A DNA stretch of 64,000 nt from Acidobacteriota bacterium. GTDB lineage: Bacteria; Acidobacteriota; Blastocatellia; Pyrinomonadales; Pyrinomonadaceae. Below, in pieces: positions 37,309-46,917 of the stretch. The number at the start of each line of letters is the position of its first letter. Positions within the stretch are counted from its first letter, which is position 1. The notes beneath the pieces were generated by a model. It did not search any database. It was not told the DNA's origin and saw only the letters and a list, made by a program, of their open reading frames with translations. The translations under genes were made by a program, and so were the position numbers. The stretch lies in the NCBI GenBank assembly GCA_019639235.1, contig JAHBSG010000003.1:2446-66445 (forward strand). Reading direction: 5' to 3'.

Positions 37309-39528
37309 ATGAGTTTTTTTCGTTGCTTGCCCGCACTTTGCAGGCTTTCGTGCGCCACACTCGTTCTTCTTTCACTAGTTTTGTCGGCCTTTCCCCACGA
37401 GGGCCATCTAAAGGACAAATCAACAAATGCCGAGGTCGAAAAGCACCGACAAACTGACTTTGGCTTCAAAGGCTTCGACCGGCTAAATGTTGAACTTCAG
37501 CAAAGCTTCGAGCAGTTCTCCAATTGGATAAACCTCGCCAAGTCTGGCGAAGCTGCCCAAAGGCAGTTCAATCCGAACGGCCACCTGGTCGGCTCGTGGT
37601 CACCTGTTTATCAACTGCCGCTCGTGCCGATCCATGTAATGCTGCTCACAAATGGCAAAGTACTGATGTGGGATTCAGTTGGAGATCGGCCGACCGAAGA
37701 TTATCCGACACATAATTTCACCCGTGCCTCGGTTTGGGATCCTGTTACGAACATTGTCACAAATGTTGATAATGACCAAACCGGACACAATCTCTTCTGT
37801 GCCGGGTTTGCCCATCTACCCGATGGAACTCCGTTTCTTGCCGGTGGTAACAAGAATTCAAGCCTTGAAGGGATCAAGAAAACCCATTTCTTCGCTCCGG
37901 ATACGAATACCTGGTCACTTGGGCCGGACATGCAATTCGAGCGATGGTATCCGTCGGTCACGCCGCTGGCAAACGGCGAGATGTTGATAACGTCGGGTGG
38001 ACCGTCGAGACATGAGGTTTATGCTACGGACGGAACGATACGTACATTAAGCAACTTCACCCATACAATGCCGATCTATCCGTGGATACAGGCCGCTCCG
38101 AACGGGAAGGCGTTCCTGCTCGGCCCGGAACCCGATATGTACTACATCGATCCGGCCGGAGCTGGCTCGATCCAAGGAGCGGGTTGGCGAGTAGACAGTA
38201 TATGGCGGTACTATGGCTCGTACGCAATGTACGACATCGGTCGGGTCATCGCGAGCGGTGGATGGCTCTCGCAGCAGGAAACTGTAAAGTTAGATTTTCG
38301 CGACCCGAATTCCCCGCCAACCTCTGTTGCGATCGAAAACATGGATTTTGGAAGGCGTCAGCACAACCTGACTGCCCTTCCAGATGGATCGGTTCTTTCA
38401 ACCGGCGGGCTCAGCAGTGGTGCGAGCCTTGTCGATCTAGACGCCAGCGTATTCCGGGCGGAATTGATGGATCCGGAGACGGGCGAATGGCGGGCTCTGA
38501 GCGATGCCTCGCGACCGCGACAGTACCACTCCACGTCACTGCTTCTGCCCGACGGCCGAGTCCTGACCGGGGGCGGCGGGATCTGCGGCGACTGCTATAC
38601 AGTAGGATACCTTGAAAAGAATATGGAGATCTTCACACCTCCGTATCTCTACGAATCGAACGGTTCCGGCAATCTCGCCCCGAGGCCGGAGATCAGCGGT
38701 GCCCCCTCAGCAGTAGATTTCGATGAGGTATTCGCGGTCGCGACACCTGATGCTGGGTCGATCGAACAGGTCGTCATGATGCGGGTTTCATCAGTTACGC
38801 ACTCGGTCAATTTCGAACAGAGACGGATCCCGCTTGAGTTTTCTGTGTCCGAGGGCGGGCTTTCTGTGAAAGCTCCGCGAAATGCCAATATTGCACCACC
38901 GGGCTATTACATGCTTTTTCTCATTGACGAAAACGGCGTACCGTCCGTGGCGGAGATGGTGAAGGTCGAATACGGTGCCGGCCTCGGATCACCGATGATC
39001 GTCAAATCGAGCGGCGGAAGCGAAACGGCAAACATCTCGTGGATCCCGGTGCCAGGCGCGACCGGCTATCGAGTCAAGTATGGCCTTGCTCCGGGAATCT
39101 ACACCGCGACATTCGATTACGGCGCCGATGCCACCAGTGCGTCATTTAATGGCCTGCCATCTTGGAGGTATTATTTCGCTGTTTCTGCGGTCGGACCTGG
39201 CGGCGAGTACGGGAATTCGAATGAACAGGTCGTATTTGCCAATGTGGCTCCGACCGCAGCTCCGATCGTCATCGGGGGTCGGATAATCGATACTGACGGC
39301 CGTGGGCTAAGTGGATCATCGATCACCGTGACGGCACTCGGTACCGGAGTAAGCGTTTCGGTCGTTTCCAATTCGTTCGGCCACTATTTGGTACCCGATA
39401 TTCCTGCGGGGCGAAGCTATATCGTGTCCGCAAAGGCAAAAGGCGTCGATTTCCCGGTGTCGTCACGGGTAATCTCTGCCGACGATAATGTGCTAGATAT
39501 TGACTTTGTTGGAACGCCGGTAAATTGA
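37309..39528 (+). CDS. Secreted glyoxal/galactose-oxidase-like (Kelch propeller + DUF1929) protein with FN3-like and carboxypeptidase-regulatory-like C-terminal domains
   Basis: Signal peptide. 'FCAGFAHLPDGTPFLAGG', 'RWYPSVTPLANGEMLITSG', 'RQYHSTSLLLPDGRVLTGGG' and 'APPGYYMLFLIDENGVPS' are typical of the family. Confidence 0.8.
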   Translation: MSFFRCLPALCRLSCATLVLLSLVLSAFPHEGHLKDKSTNAEVEKHRQTDFGFKGFDRLNVELQQSFEQFSNWINLAKSGEAAQRQFNPNGHLVGSWSPVYQLPLVPIHVMLLTNGKVLMWDSVGDRPTEDYPTHNFTRASVWDPVTNIVTNVDNDQTGHNLFCAGFAHLPDGTPFLAGGNKNSSLEGIKKTHFFAPDTNTWSLGPDMQFERWYPSVTPLANGEMLITSGGPSRHEVYATDGTIRTLSNFTHTMPIYPWIQAAPNGKAFLLGPEPDMYYIDPAGAGSIQGAGWRVDSIWRYYGSYAMYDIGRVIASGGWLSQQETVKLDFRDPNSPPTSVAIENMDFGRRQHNLTALPDGSVLSTGGLSSGASLVDLDASVFRAELMDPETGEWRALSDASRPRQYHSTSLLLPDGRVLTGGGGICGDCYTVGYLEKNMEIFTPPYLYESNGSGNLAPRPEISGAPSAVDFDEVFAVATPDAGSIEQVVMMRVSSVTHSVNFEQRRIPLEFSVSEGGLSVKAPRNANIAPPGYYMLFLIDENGVPSVAEMVKVEYGAGLGSPMIVKSSGGSETANISWIPVPGATGYRVKYGLAPGIYTATFDYGADATSASFNGLPSWRYYFAVSAVGPGGEYGNSNEQVVFANVAPTAAPIVIGGRIIDTDGRGLSGSSITVTALGTGVSVSVVSNSFGHYLVPDIPAGRSYIVSAKAKGVDFPVSSRVISADDNVLDIDFVGTPVN

Positions 39529-39555
39529 CACGGACGATAACAGAACAAATAAGAA

Positions 39556-39579
39556 GAGGTTGCGATCCGTCGCAACCTC
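39556..39579. terminator. Hairpin between convergent genes (possible bidirectional terminator)
   Basis: 10-bp stem 'GAGGTTGCGA' / 'TCGCAACCTC' with loop 'TCCG'. The flanking T-run is weak. Confidence 0.45.
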
Positions 39580-39615
39580 TAATTGTTCGGGCTCCCCGAT
39601 CCATCCTGCGGCTCT

Positions 39616-40638
39616 TCAAGCAGCAGCAGTCTCATTGGCACGAAGCTTTTCGATTATTGCCGAAGCGAAGTCGGCAGTGTTGGTCGTTCCACCGAGGTCG
39701 CGAGTAAGGTATTTGCCCTCGGCAAAAACCGCGAGCATTGCCTTTTCCGCTCTTTCGGCTGCGTCATTTTCACCGATGTGGCGAAGCATCATCAACCCGG
39801 ACATCAGTATCGCTGTCGGATTGGCGATTCCCTGCCCCGCGATGTCCGGTGCTGATCCATGAACCGCTTCAAACACCGCTCCTTGTTCGCCGATGTTTGC
39901 CCCCGGTGCGAGCCCGAGCCCGCCGATCAGCCCCGCACAAAGATCCGAGAGAATGTCGCCGTAAAGGTTTTCCATAACGAGCACGTCAAACTGCTCCGGC
40001 CTCATCACAAGCTGCATACAGCAGTTATCGATGATCTTATCGTCGGCTTCGATATCCGGAAAATCCTTCGAGACCTCGTAAAATAGGTCAAGGAAAAGCC
40101 CGTCTGAGAGCTTCATGATGTTTGCCTTGTGGACGGCGGTCACTTTCCTGCGGCCATTGTCGCGGGCAAACTCGAAGGCATACTTTACGATCCGCCGCGA
40201 GGCCTTTTCAGTGATGACCTTAAGGCTCTCGACCACACCGGGCACAACCACGTGCTCAATGCCCGAATAAAGCCCTTCGGTGTTTTCGCGAACAATTACA
40301 AGGTCGAGTTCCGGGTAGCGGCAAGGCACGTTCGGCAGAGCCTTTACCGGCCGGACGTTGGCGTAAAGATCAAGAGCCTTCCTCAGGCCCACATTGACCG
40401 AGGTGAATCCCTTCCCGACCGGGGTCATTATCGGCCCCTTGAGAGCTACTTTGTTCTGTCGGATCGAGCTAATGGCGTCATCCGGCAGCGTCGTGCCGTA
40501 CTTCTCCTGTGCCTGTGCGCCGAGGATATGCGTTGACCACTCAACGTCGACGCCCGCCGCTTCGATAATGCGAACCGTTGCCGACGTTATCTCCGGCCCA
40601 ATGCCGTCTCCGGGGATCAATGTGATGTTGTGCTTCAT
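39616..40638 (-). CDS. Isocitrate/isopropylmalate dehydrogenase family enzyme, probably NAD-dependent isocitrate dehydrogenase
   Basis: 'ITLIPGDGIGPE', 'RENTEGLYSG' and 'NLYGDILSDLCAGLIGGLGLAPGANIG'. 340 aa. Confidence 0.85.
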   Translation of the reverse strand: MKHNITLIPGDGIGPEITSATVRIIEAAGVDVEWSTHILGAQAQEKYGTTLPDDAISSIRQNKVALKGPIMTPVGKGFTSVNVGLRKALDLYANVRPVKALPNVPCRYPELDLVIVRENTEGLYSGIEHVVVPGVVESLKVITEKASRRIVKYAFEFARDNGRRKVTAVHKANIMKLSDGLFLDLFYEVSKDFPDIEADDKIIDNCCMQLVMRPEQFDVLVMENLYGDILSDLCAGLIGGLGLAPGANIGEQGAVFEAVHGSAPDIAGQGIANPTAILMSGLMMLRHIGENDAAERAEKAMLAVFAEGKYLTRDLGGTTNTADFASAIIEKLRANETAAA

Positions 40639-40679
40639 ACGAATTTATATGCTGATATCTTATAATATTTTTTCGCTTT

Positions 40680-41798
40680 ATGAACGTTCTCATTATCGGT
40701 GGCGGCGTGATCGGCCTTGCGGCTGCACGCGAGTTGCGTCTCGCCGGTGCCGGGCGTGTTACCGTTCTCGAAAAAGGACAGGCAGGCCGCGAGGCGTCAT
40801 GGGCGGCGGCCGGGATGCTTGCCCCGGATGCCGAGACCGAGACGGTCGATGCAATGTACCGCCTTTGCCGGGGTTCGAATGAGCTTTATCCTGAGTTCGC
40901 GGCGTCGCTTTTCGATGAGACCGGCATCGAAATTGAACTCGACCGCACGGGCACGATCTGCGTTGCATTGTCAGATGAAGATCTCGAACATCTCGGTGGC
41001 CGAATGGGAGCTCAGAAGACTGCTGGAATAAATGCCGAGTTGCTTTCATCGAATGATATTGCCGGGCTCGAGCCCTCGCTTTCCCGCGATGTTGTGGGCG
41101 GCGTGCTTTATCCGGACAATGGACAGGTCGAGAACCGTAAGCTCGTCGCCGCACTTCTGGAATTTGCCCGACGGAATTCGATCGAGGTGCACGAAAATTC
41201 CACGGCCGATGAGTTGGTGATCTGGAACGCAAAGGCCGTTGGCGTTTCGGTCAAGGGCAAGTCGCTCGAGGCCGATGCCGTTGTCATTGCCGCCGGGGCG
41301 TGGCAATCGGAATTGCTTGATAAGGCCAATGTCCGTTGCCCGCCTGTAACACCTGTGAAGGGCCAGGTCATCGCCTACGAACGTGTTTCTTCGTTGCGGC
41401 ATGTCGTTTACGGTGCCGGCGGTTACCTTGTCCCGCGGCGAGACGGCCGACTTTTGGTCGGGGCAACGGTTGAGGATGCGGGTTTTAACACCGACGTTAC
41501 TGTGGATGGTGTACTATCGTTGCGTAATTCAGCCGAGCGGCTCTTGCCCGGGCTTGCCGGACGTGAACCGGACGACAAATGGGCAGGGCTGCGGCCGTTC
41601 GTTGCGGGCGGCGAACCGGTCATCGGTGCCGTCCCGGGTGTTTCCGGGCTTTTCGTCGCGGCCGGGCATTATCGCAATGGCATTTTGCTAGCACCGGTGA
41701 CGGCTCGGTTGATCGCCGATGCGGTACTGAAGGGTTCGGCCCCTGAGATCGGCCGCCCATTTCTTCCGGCATCCGGCAAGGAAGCAACGGCATCGTAA
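40680..41798 (+). CDS. thiO: FAD-dependent glycine oxidase
   Basis: 'VLIIGGGVIGLAAARELRLAG', 'EASWAAAGMLAP' and 'AAGHYRNGILLAP'. Confidence 0.75.
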   Translation: MNVLIIGGGVIGLAAARELRLAGAGRVTVLEKGQAGREASWAAAGMLAPDAETETVDAMYRLCRGSNELYPEFAASLFDETGIEIELDRTGTICVALSDEDLEHLGGRMGAQKTAGINAELLSSNDIAGLEPSLSRDVVGGVLYPDNGQVENRKLVAALLEFARRNSIEVHENSTADELVIWNAKAVGVSVKGKSLEADAVVIAAGAWQSELLDKANVRCPPVTPVKGQVIAYERVSSLRHVVYGAGGYLVPRRDGRLLVGATVEDAGFNTDVTVDGVLSLRNSAERLLPGLAGREPDDKWAGLRPFVAGGEPVIGAVPGVSGLFVAAGHYRNGILLAPVTARLIADAVLKGSAPEIGRPFLPASGKEATAS

Positions 41799-41805
41799 CC
41801 CACTT

Positions 41806-43233
41806 ATGAGATCGGCAGTTATTCTCTTCATTCTTTTTTCACTCGCCGTGGCGGAGATGTCCGCCCAATCGCGACGCTCAAGGACCGGCCCGGCCGCAAG
41901 TTCCGCATCGGAGGCCGACCGAACCGAACGGCCTGTCCGCGAAATGTATGAGGAGGCCAATGCCTTCCGGCGGAACAAGTTCGAGGAATATGCCAAAAAG
42001 AAGATCGCTTATTCCGAGGAACTAAGGCTAGAGACCGAGCGTGAGCAGAAGCAGCTCGCGGCGAAATATGCAATGGCCGCCGAGGAGCGTACGGACCTCT
42101 CGACCGAAGACGTTTACTATAAGGCACTGCTACATTGGATCTCGGAGAATCTCGAACGCACCGCCGCCTCGCTCGCTGAGTACCTTGCCCGCACCGATAC
42201 CGTCGGTGAAAAAGCACAGACCGCCCGCTCGCTCCTTGTCGTCATTTACGCAAAGCAGAAGAACTTTGAGGACGCGACCCGTTATCTTGTCGAATACGAC
42301 GGCCGCGAACCCCGGCGTGCTTCTGAAGTCTCGCGGATGAACAATGAACTGGCAAAGGCTTACCTCGCGGCTGCGAGCCCGGCAAAGGCAGTCCAGTTTG
42401 CCGACCGTGCTTACCGCACTTCAAAGTCAATGCTTGCCGACCCGAGTCTTAAGGCCCGCGGGCTTGATGAACTTCTCGACAACGGAATGCTGCTCTTCGA
42501 GAGCTATCGCGATTCCGGCAAAGCGGCCGAAGCGGAAACCGCCCTGACCGATATGCGGAACGTTGCTGCCGGCGTTGGTGCCTCCGACCTTTATTTTTAC
42601 GCGGCCGACAAACTGCTCGTTTACCTTATCGATCAGGGCCGCAAGTCTGCTGCGATGGAAGGCTATATGTCCGCCCTCATCGAAGCGGGCAAGGCATTCT
42701 CCAACAAGGCCGTGGCCAATGACGCGATCCGCCGGCTGAAGGCTCGCGAGAAGCACTACAAACTGATGGCCGAGCCCGCATTGGAACTTCCCGGCGTTGA
42801 CCGCTGGTTTCCGGGCCAACCGCAAACTATTGCCTCGCTCCGCGGCAAGGTCGTTCTTCTCGATTTCTGGGCAACGTGGTGCGGGCCGTGCTTTGATGCG
42901 TTTCCGCACCTGACCGAATGGCAGCGTGACTACGGCGACAAAGGCTTTGTCGTCCTCGGCGTCACCCGTTACTATGGGCGTGCCGAAGGATTCAACGTCG
43001 ATAATCCGAACGAGATCGAGTTCCTGAAACGCTTTCGCGAAAAGTATCGCCTGCCGTATGATTTTGTCGTAACCCGCGACCAGCAGGCACAGATTCAATA
43101 CGGGGCAACGGCCCTCCCGACCGCGGTCCTGATCGACCGGAAAGGGACAATACGCTTTATCGAATCCGGTTCGAGCCCGAGCCGCATGGAGGAGATGCAC
43201 CGCCGCATAAAGGCGCTTCTCGCTGAACAATGA
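41806..43233 (+). CDS. Secreted TPR-like + TlpA-type thioredoxin-fold protein
   Basis: Signal peptide. C-terminal 'VVLLDFWATWCGPC' and 'LPTAVLIDRKG'. Confidence 0.8.
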   Translation: MRSAVILFILFSLAVAEMSAQSRRSRTGPAASSASEADRTERPVREMYEEANAFRRNKFEEYAKKKIAYSEELRLETEREQKQLAAKYAMAAEERTDLSTEDVYYKALLHWISENLERTAASLAEYLARTDTVGEKAQTARSLLVVIYAKQKNFEDATRYLVEYDGREPRRASEVSRMNNELAKAYLAAASPAKAVQFADRAYRTSKSMLADPSLKARGLDELLDNGMLLFESYRDSGKAAEAETALTDMRNVAAGVGASDLYFYAADKLLVYLIDQGRKSAAMEGYMSALIEAGKAFSNKAVANDAIRRLKAREKHYKLMAEPALELPGVDRWFPGQPQTIASLRGKVVLLDFWATWCGPCFDAFPHLTEWQRDYGDKGFVVLGVTRYYGRAEGFNVDNPNEIEFLKRFREKYRLPYDFVVTRDQQAQIQYGATALPTAVLIDRKGTIRFIESGSSPSRMEEMHRRIKALLAEQ

Positions 43234-43886
43234 GCCCCGCTAAGACCGCCGATAAACGCTCGAAGAGCAAGACCGAGAGCTTCTACGACCGAATTGCCGA
43301 CGTCCATAACGTTGCTCTTCGGGTCAATGGCTACCGTGCCTCGGTCGCGAAATACATCCGCTCGCTCGACCTTGGGCTGACCCCCGAGTCGCTAGTGCTT
43401 GATGCCGGAAGCGGCACCGGGATCATCACTCTGGGGCTCGAGGATTCGGGAATTCCGCACCGCGGAACCGTCGCCCTTGACCTCTCGCACCGCTCGCTTG
43501 ATATCGCCCGGAGCGAATTTCGACGGGACAAGAAGACCGATGAAAAGCGGATCGAGGTAGTCCAGGGAAACGTCCTTGAACTTCCGTTCGCCGATGAAAC
43601 TTTTGATCTGGTCATTACCTGCGGCGTGCTCGAGTATGTATCGCTCGAATCGGGCCTTGCCGAAATGGCTCGCGTCCTTCGCCCTGGAGCAAAGCTGGTC
43701 TTTATCCCGGTCAAGCCCTCCCTTGTCGGGTCGATGCTCGAATTTCTTTACAAATTCAAGATACATCCGCTCGAAGATGTAAGACGGATTTCACAACAGT
43801 ATTTTAGGATAGTGGGCAATCATAGGTTCCCGTTCAATGAACCTATTGCGTGGTCAAAAACGATCTTTCTGCTTGAAAAGATCTGA
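43230..43886 (+). CDS. Class I SAM-dependent methyltransferase
   Basis: 'VLDAGSGTGIITL' motif I and 'FDLVITCGVLEY'. ATGA overlap with the upstream gene. Confidence 0.8.
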   Translation: MSPAKTADKRSKSKTESFYDRIADVHNVALRVNGYRASVAKYIRSLDLGLTPESLVLDAGSGTGIITLGLEDSGIPHRGTVALDLSHRSLDIARSEFRRDKKTDEKRIEVVQGNVLELPFADETFDLVITCGVLEYVSLESGLAEMARVLRPGAKLVFIPVKPSLVGSMLEFLYKFKIHPLEDVRRISQQYFRIVGNHRFPFNEPIAWSKTIFLLEKI

Positions 43887-43901
43887 CCCGAACAAAATCC
43901 G

Positions 43902-44747
43902 ATGAAGATCTTCGACCTCACCGGCCCGGCTCATCCTGTTCCGCTTATTATCGCCCACCGCGGCGCAAGCGCCGTCGCTCCGGAAAATACGCTCGCCGCA
44001 TTTCGTCGGGCGATGGAGTTTGGGGCAGACGGCATCGAGTTTGACGTCCGGCTCGCAGCCGATGGCGTCCCGGTTGTCATCCACGACCCATCGCTCAAGC
44101 GGACTGCCGGCCGACGCGGCAAGGTCGCGGCATACAGCTCCGAAGAGCTTTCGCACATTGATGTCGGAAGTTGGTTCTCGCGGAGTGGAAAAGATGGCAT
44201 GAAGGCCGAGTTTGCCGACGAAAGGATCGTAACACTCGCCTCCGCACTCGAATTTTTGAAGTGCTTTCGCGGCGAGATCTACGTTGAGCTAAAGTGCAAG
44301 AATGACGACCTTTACCCGCTTGCCCGGGCTACGGCGGCCGTCATTGAACGGGCCGAAGTCACCGGCACTTTGATCGTCAAGAGCTTTCGTCTTCCGGTCG
44401 TGACCTTCTTTCGCGAAAATCTCCCCGAGGTTCGGACCGCTGCTCTCTTTGCTCCGAAGATCAAGACCATTCTCCGCAAAGAAAAGCACCTTGTCCGGCT
44501 CGCCCAAGAGATCGGTGCCCATGAGCTTTCGGTACATTACTCGCTTGCGACCGAAAAGCTGATGAAAAAAGCCGCAAAGGCCGAGCTTCCCGTTGCCATC
44601 TGGACCGCCGATCACGGCCGCTGGGTCAAGCGTGCCGCACGGCTTGGCGTCAAGGCCGTAATAACCAATGACCCCGCGAAACTCCTCAAAAAACGTGAAG
44701 AATTTCTTGGGGTCACCGAACTGAAAACCGCAGTTACTTCGGCCTAG
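43902..44747 (+). CDS. Glycerophosphodiester phosphodiesterase
   Basis: 'IIAHRGASAVAPENT', 'GADGIEFDVRLAADGVPVVIHD' and 'IYVELK'. Confidence 0.9.
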   Translation: MKIFDLTGPAHPVPLIIAHRGASAVAPENTLAAFRRAMEFGADGIEFDVRLAADGVPVVIHDPSLKRTAGRRGKVAAYSSEELSHIDVGSWFSRSGKDGMKAEFADERIVTLASALEFLKCFRGEIYVELKCKNDDLYPLARATAAVIERAEVTGTLIVKSFRLPVVTFFRENLPEVRTAALFAPKIKTILRKEKHLVRLAQEIGAHELSVHYSLATEKLMKKAAKAELPVAIWTADHGRWVKRAARLGVKAVITNDPAKLLKKREEFLGVTELKTAVTSA

Positions 44748-45483
44748 CGAACTTCTCTTCGCTGACGGCCACGTCATGCTCTATCTTATCAACGGTCAGG
44801 GTTATTTCCATGTTCGGGATGACCGAACGAACCTTGTGCGGTATCTTGATGCCGTCCACCTCGCGGTAATCGCTCGGAAACGACTGGGTCTTGATCTCGC
44901 CCTGCGGTGAGATCGAGGTCGAATCGGTCCGGACGATCAACCCGCTCGCAACGTCGAAATAGATCGTGTCATCCGGCAGGCCCGATTGCTTACCGATCAC
45001 AACGTAGGCATCGCTGCCGTTCACCTTTTCGATGCTCTTTACCTCAAGCGATGTATAGGCCGCATTAAGGTCGTAAGTGCGTGCAAATAGAGCAGTGTTC
45101 TTTTGTTGCTCGAGTTCCTTGCCCGAGCGTTGGCGAAAGCCCTGGATCGGGTCGTTAGCCCACGAGGTTCCTCCATCGGTAACGTCCAGGAACTGGCCAA
45201 CACCTGCTAGGTCCATCCTTAAAGCTGACCGGTTCGGCGATGCTGCGAGTTGCTCGTAAGTACCGCTCAGCCCGATCGGCGAGAACGAAACCTTTCCTGT
45301 GGTGATCCGCGACTTGAACTTCGCGTTCGCCTCGCGTCCGCCGATAGCGGCAACGTATTTCGCAACTATCTCCGACGCGGACGGAAGGCTCGATTTCGCG
45401 CCGCCTTCGCCTGCTTTTTGAGCAACCGCGGAACCTGAAAAGACAAGTGCTAGAAGCATCAAGAGATATTTATTCAGTTTCAT
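44734..45483 (-). CDS. Secreted hypothetical protein (possible LolA-like fold)
   Basis: Signal peptide 'MKLNKYLLMLLALVFSGSAVAQ'. Abuts the S41 peptidase gene. The fold assignment is a guess. Confidence 0.45.
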   Translation of the reverse strand: MKLNKYLLMLLALVFSGSAVAQKAGEGGAKSSLPSASEIVAKYVAAIGGREANAKFKSRITTGKVSFSPIGLSGTYEQLAASPNRSALRMDLAGVGQFLDVTDGGTSWANDPIQGFRQRSGKELEQQKNTALFARTYDLNAAYTSLEVKSIEKVNGSDAYVVIGKQSGLPDDTIYFDVASGLIVRTDSTSISPQGEIKTQSFPSDYREVDGIKIPHKVRSVIPNMEITLTVDKIEHDVAVSEEKFARPK

Positions 45484-46800
45484 TTATTTCCCCTTTTTTT
45501 GTATTACCTCGACCGCCCGCTGAAGCTGCGTATCGATTCCCTTAGCCAGGGCTTCACCATCAAGTTCGGCCTTAACGTCCGGGTCAACTCCACGGCCCTC
45601 AACGAGCACATTCTTTGGCGACCGGTAATCCGAGACGGCGTATTGGAATGTTGCACCGGTCGGCAGCTTTTCAAAAAATGACGGCAAGACCGCTCCGGCG
45701 GTCCGCTCACCAACTAGCGTTATTCGCCCCGCATCCTGAAGCCCAGCGGCGAAGATCTCGCTGGTCGAGCCCGAACCGTGGTCGATCAGAACGGCGACCG
45801 GCCCGCCGAATGCACCGGGCTGCGGAAAGACCGAGAAATTCATAACGCTTTCGCGCGAACGCATCGATCCGAGCGATAGCTCCTCTTTCAGCATCATGCC
45901 GGCAAGCCCACTTGCCATTCCGCCGACTCCGCCGGGATTGCCACGCAGATCAATTATGATACCAGCCGCATCAGCATGCTCCCGCATCGCGGCACGCAGC
46001 TTTGGCATCTGGGCGATGACCCACATATTAAAGCTTATATAGCCAATATTGCCCTCAAGCCGCCGCGACTCGTATTTCATCGGCTGTGCCGGAAAATTGC
46101 CCAGCGGCTGCGAATATTCACCGGCAAACTCTTCGCGGACGACCGTCACCGTTCGAGCGGCCTTTCCCGGTTCGCTGATGCCGATCTTGACTTCGGTCCC
46201 GGGCTCGCCGCCAAGCGAAGCCTCAAAGAGCCGTTCGCGATATGCACGCCGGGTACCATCTGTCAGGTCGCGGCCGGCGATCGCGGTTTCGAGCTTTTCG
46301 AGGATCTCTGCTGAAGATCTTCCGTCGATGAATGTGATCACCATTCCGGGCTTGAGCCCGGCCTTTTCGGCCGCTGAGCCCTTGTCGACGCGAAAGACGG
46401 TCATCCCGGAGCGAAGCGATTTCAGCTCAACGCCAACCTCACCCGCTCCCGAACCGAACTCCGGATTACCCGAATGGATGCCGAAGTGCGAAAGCTTTAG
46501 CTCGCTTAGCATCCTGCGAAGAACACCGTGAAGTTCGTCGTCGGTCTTCGCTGCTCGGGCGAGTGGCTCGTACTTCACCCGGACCGCCGCCCAATCAACG
46601 CCGCCAAACGTCGGGTCGTAGTGCTTTTCATTGACCGTTGACCAGACCTTCTCAAAGCTCTCTATCCGCCGTTGCGCATCGTCGCTCGCCCGTTGGGCGG
46701 CGTTTGCCGCGATCTGCGCGTCGGCCGTAAAGACAAGAATGCCGAGCGAAATGATCAGCCCGGCTGCGAAATTGAGTTCAAAAAACCGCCTTTTTCCCAT
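45484..46800 (-). CDS. S41-family peptidase with PDZ domain
   Basis: Trimmed to 'MGKRRFFEL...'. PDZ 'GSAAEKAGLKPGMVITFIDG'; 'IIDLRGNPGG' and 'LIDHGSGSTSEIFA' (catalytic Ser region). Confidence 0.85.
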   Translation of the reverse strand: MGKRRFFELNFAAGLIISLGILVFTADAQIAANAAQRASDDAQRRIESFEKVWSTVNEKHYDPTFGGVDWAAVRVKYEPLARAAKTDDELHGVLRRMLSELKLSHFGIHSGNPEFGSGAGEVGVELKSLRSGMTVFRVDKGSAAEKAGLKPGMVITFIDGRSSAEILEKLETAIAGRDLTDGTRRAYRERLFEASLGGEPGTEVKIGISEPGKAARTVTVVREEFAGEYSQPLGNFPAQPMKYESRRLEGNIGYISFNMWVIAQMPKLRAAMREHADAAGIIIDLRGNPGGVGGMASGLAGMMLKEELSLGSMRSRESVMNFSVFPQPGAFGGPVAVLIDHGSGSTSEIFAAGLQDAGRITLVGERTAGAVLPSFFEKLPTGATFQYAVSDYRSPKNVLVEGRGVDPDVKAELDGEALAKGIDTQLQRAVEVIQKKGK

Positions 46801-46917
46801 AATTTCTGTGTTTCTATACGAAAACCCCGATTTGTTCGTTTCAAGTTTACAGGAATTTAAAGTGGGTTTAAGATTAGGGCATCGCACAATCAATTAGTTT
46901 ATTTTATCCTTTGATAA

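Noticed and set aside
40639-40679. Possible TPP riboswitch upstream of thiO
   Set aside because: The intergenic gap is only 41 nt and shared with the divergent dehydrogenase gene. That is too short for a THI element, and no 'CUGAGA' core was seen.
44734-44747. 14-nt 3'-3' overlap of convergent genes (phosphodiesterase versus secreted protein)
   Set aside because: Short convergent overlaps are common in compact genomes and there is no additional structure. Not considered noteworthy.
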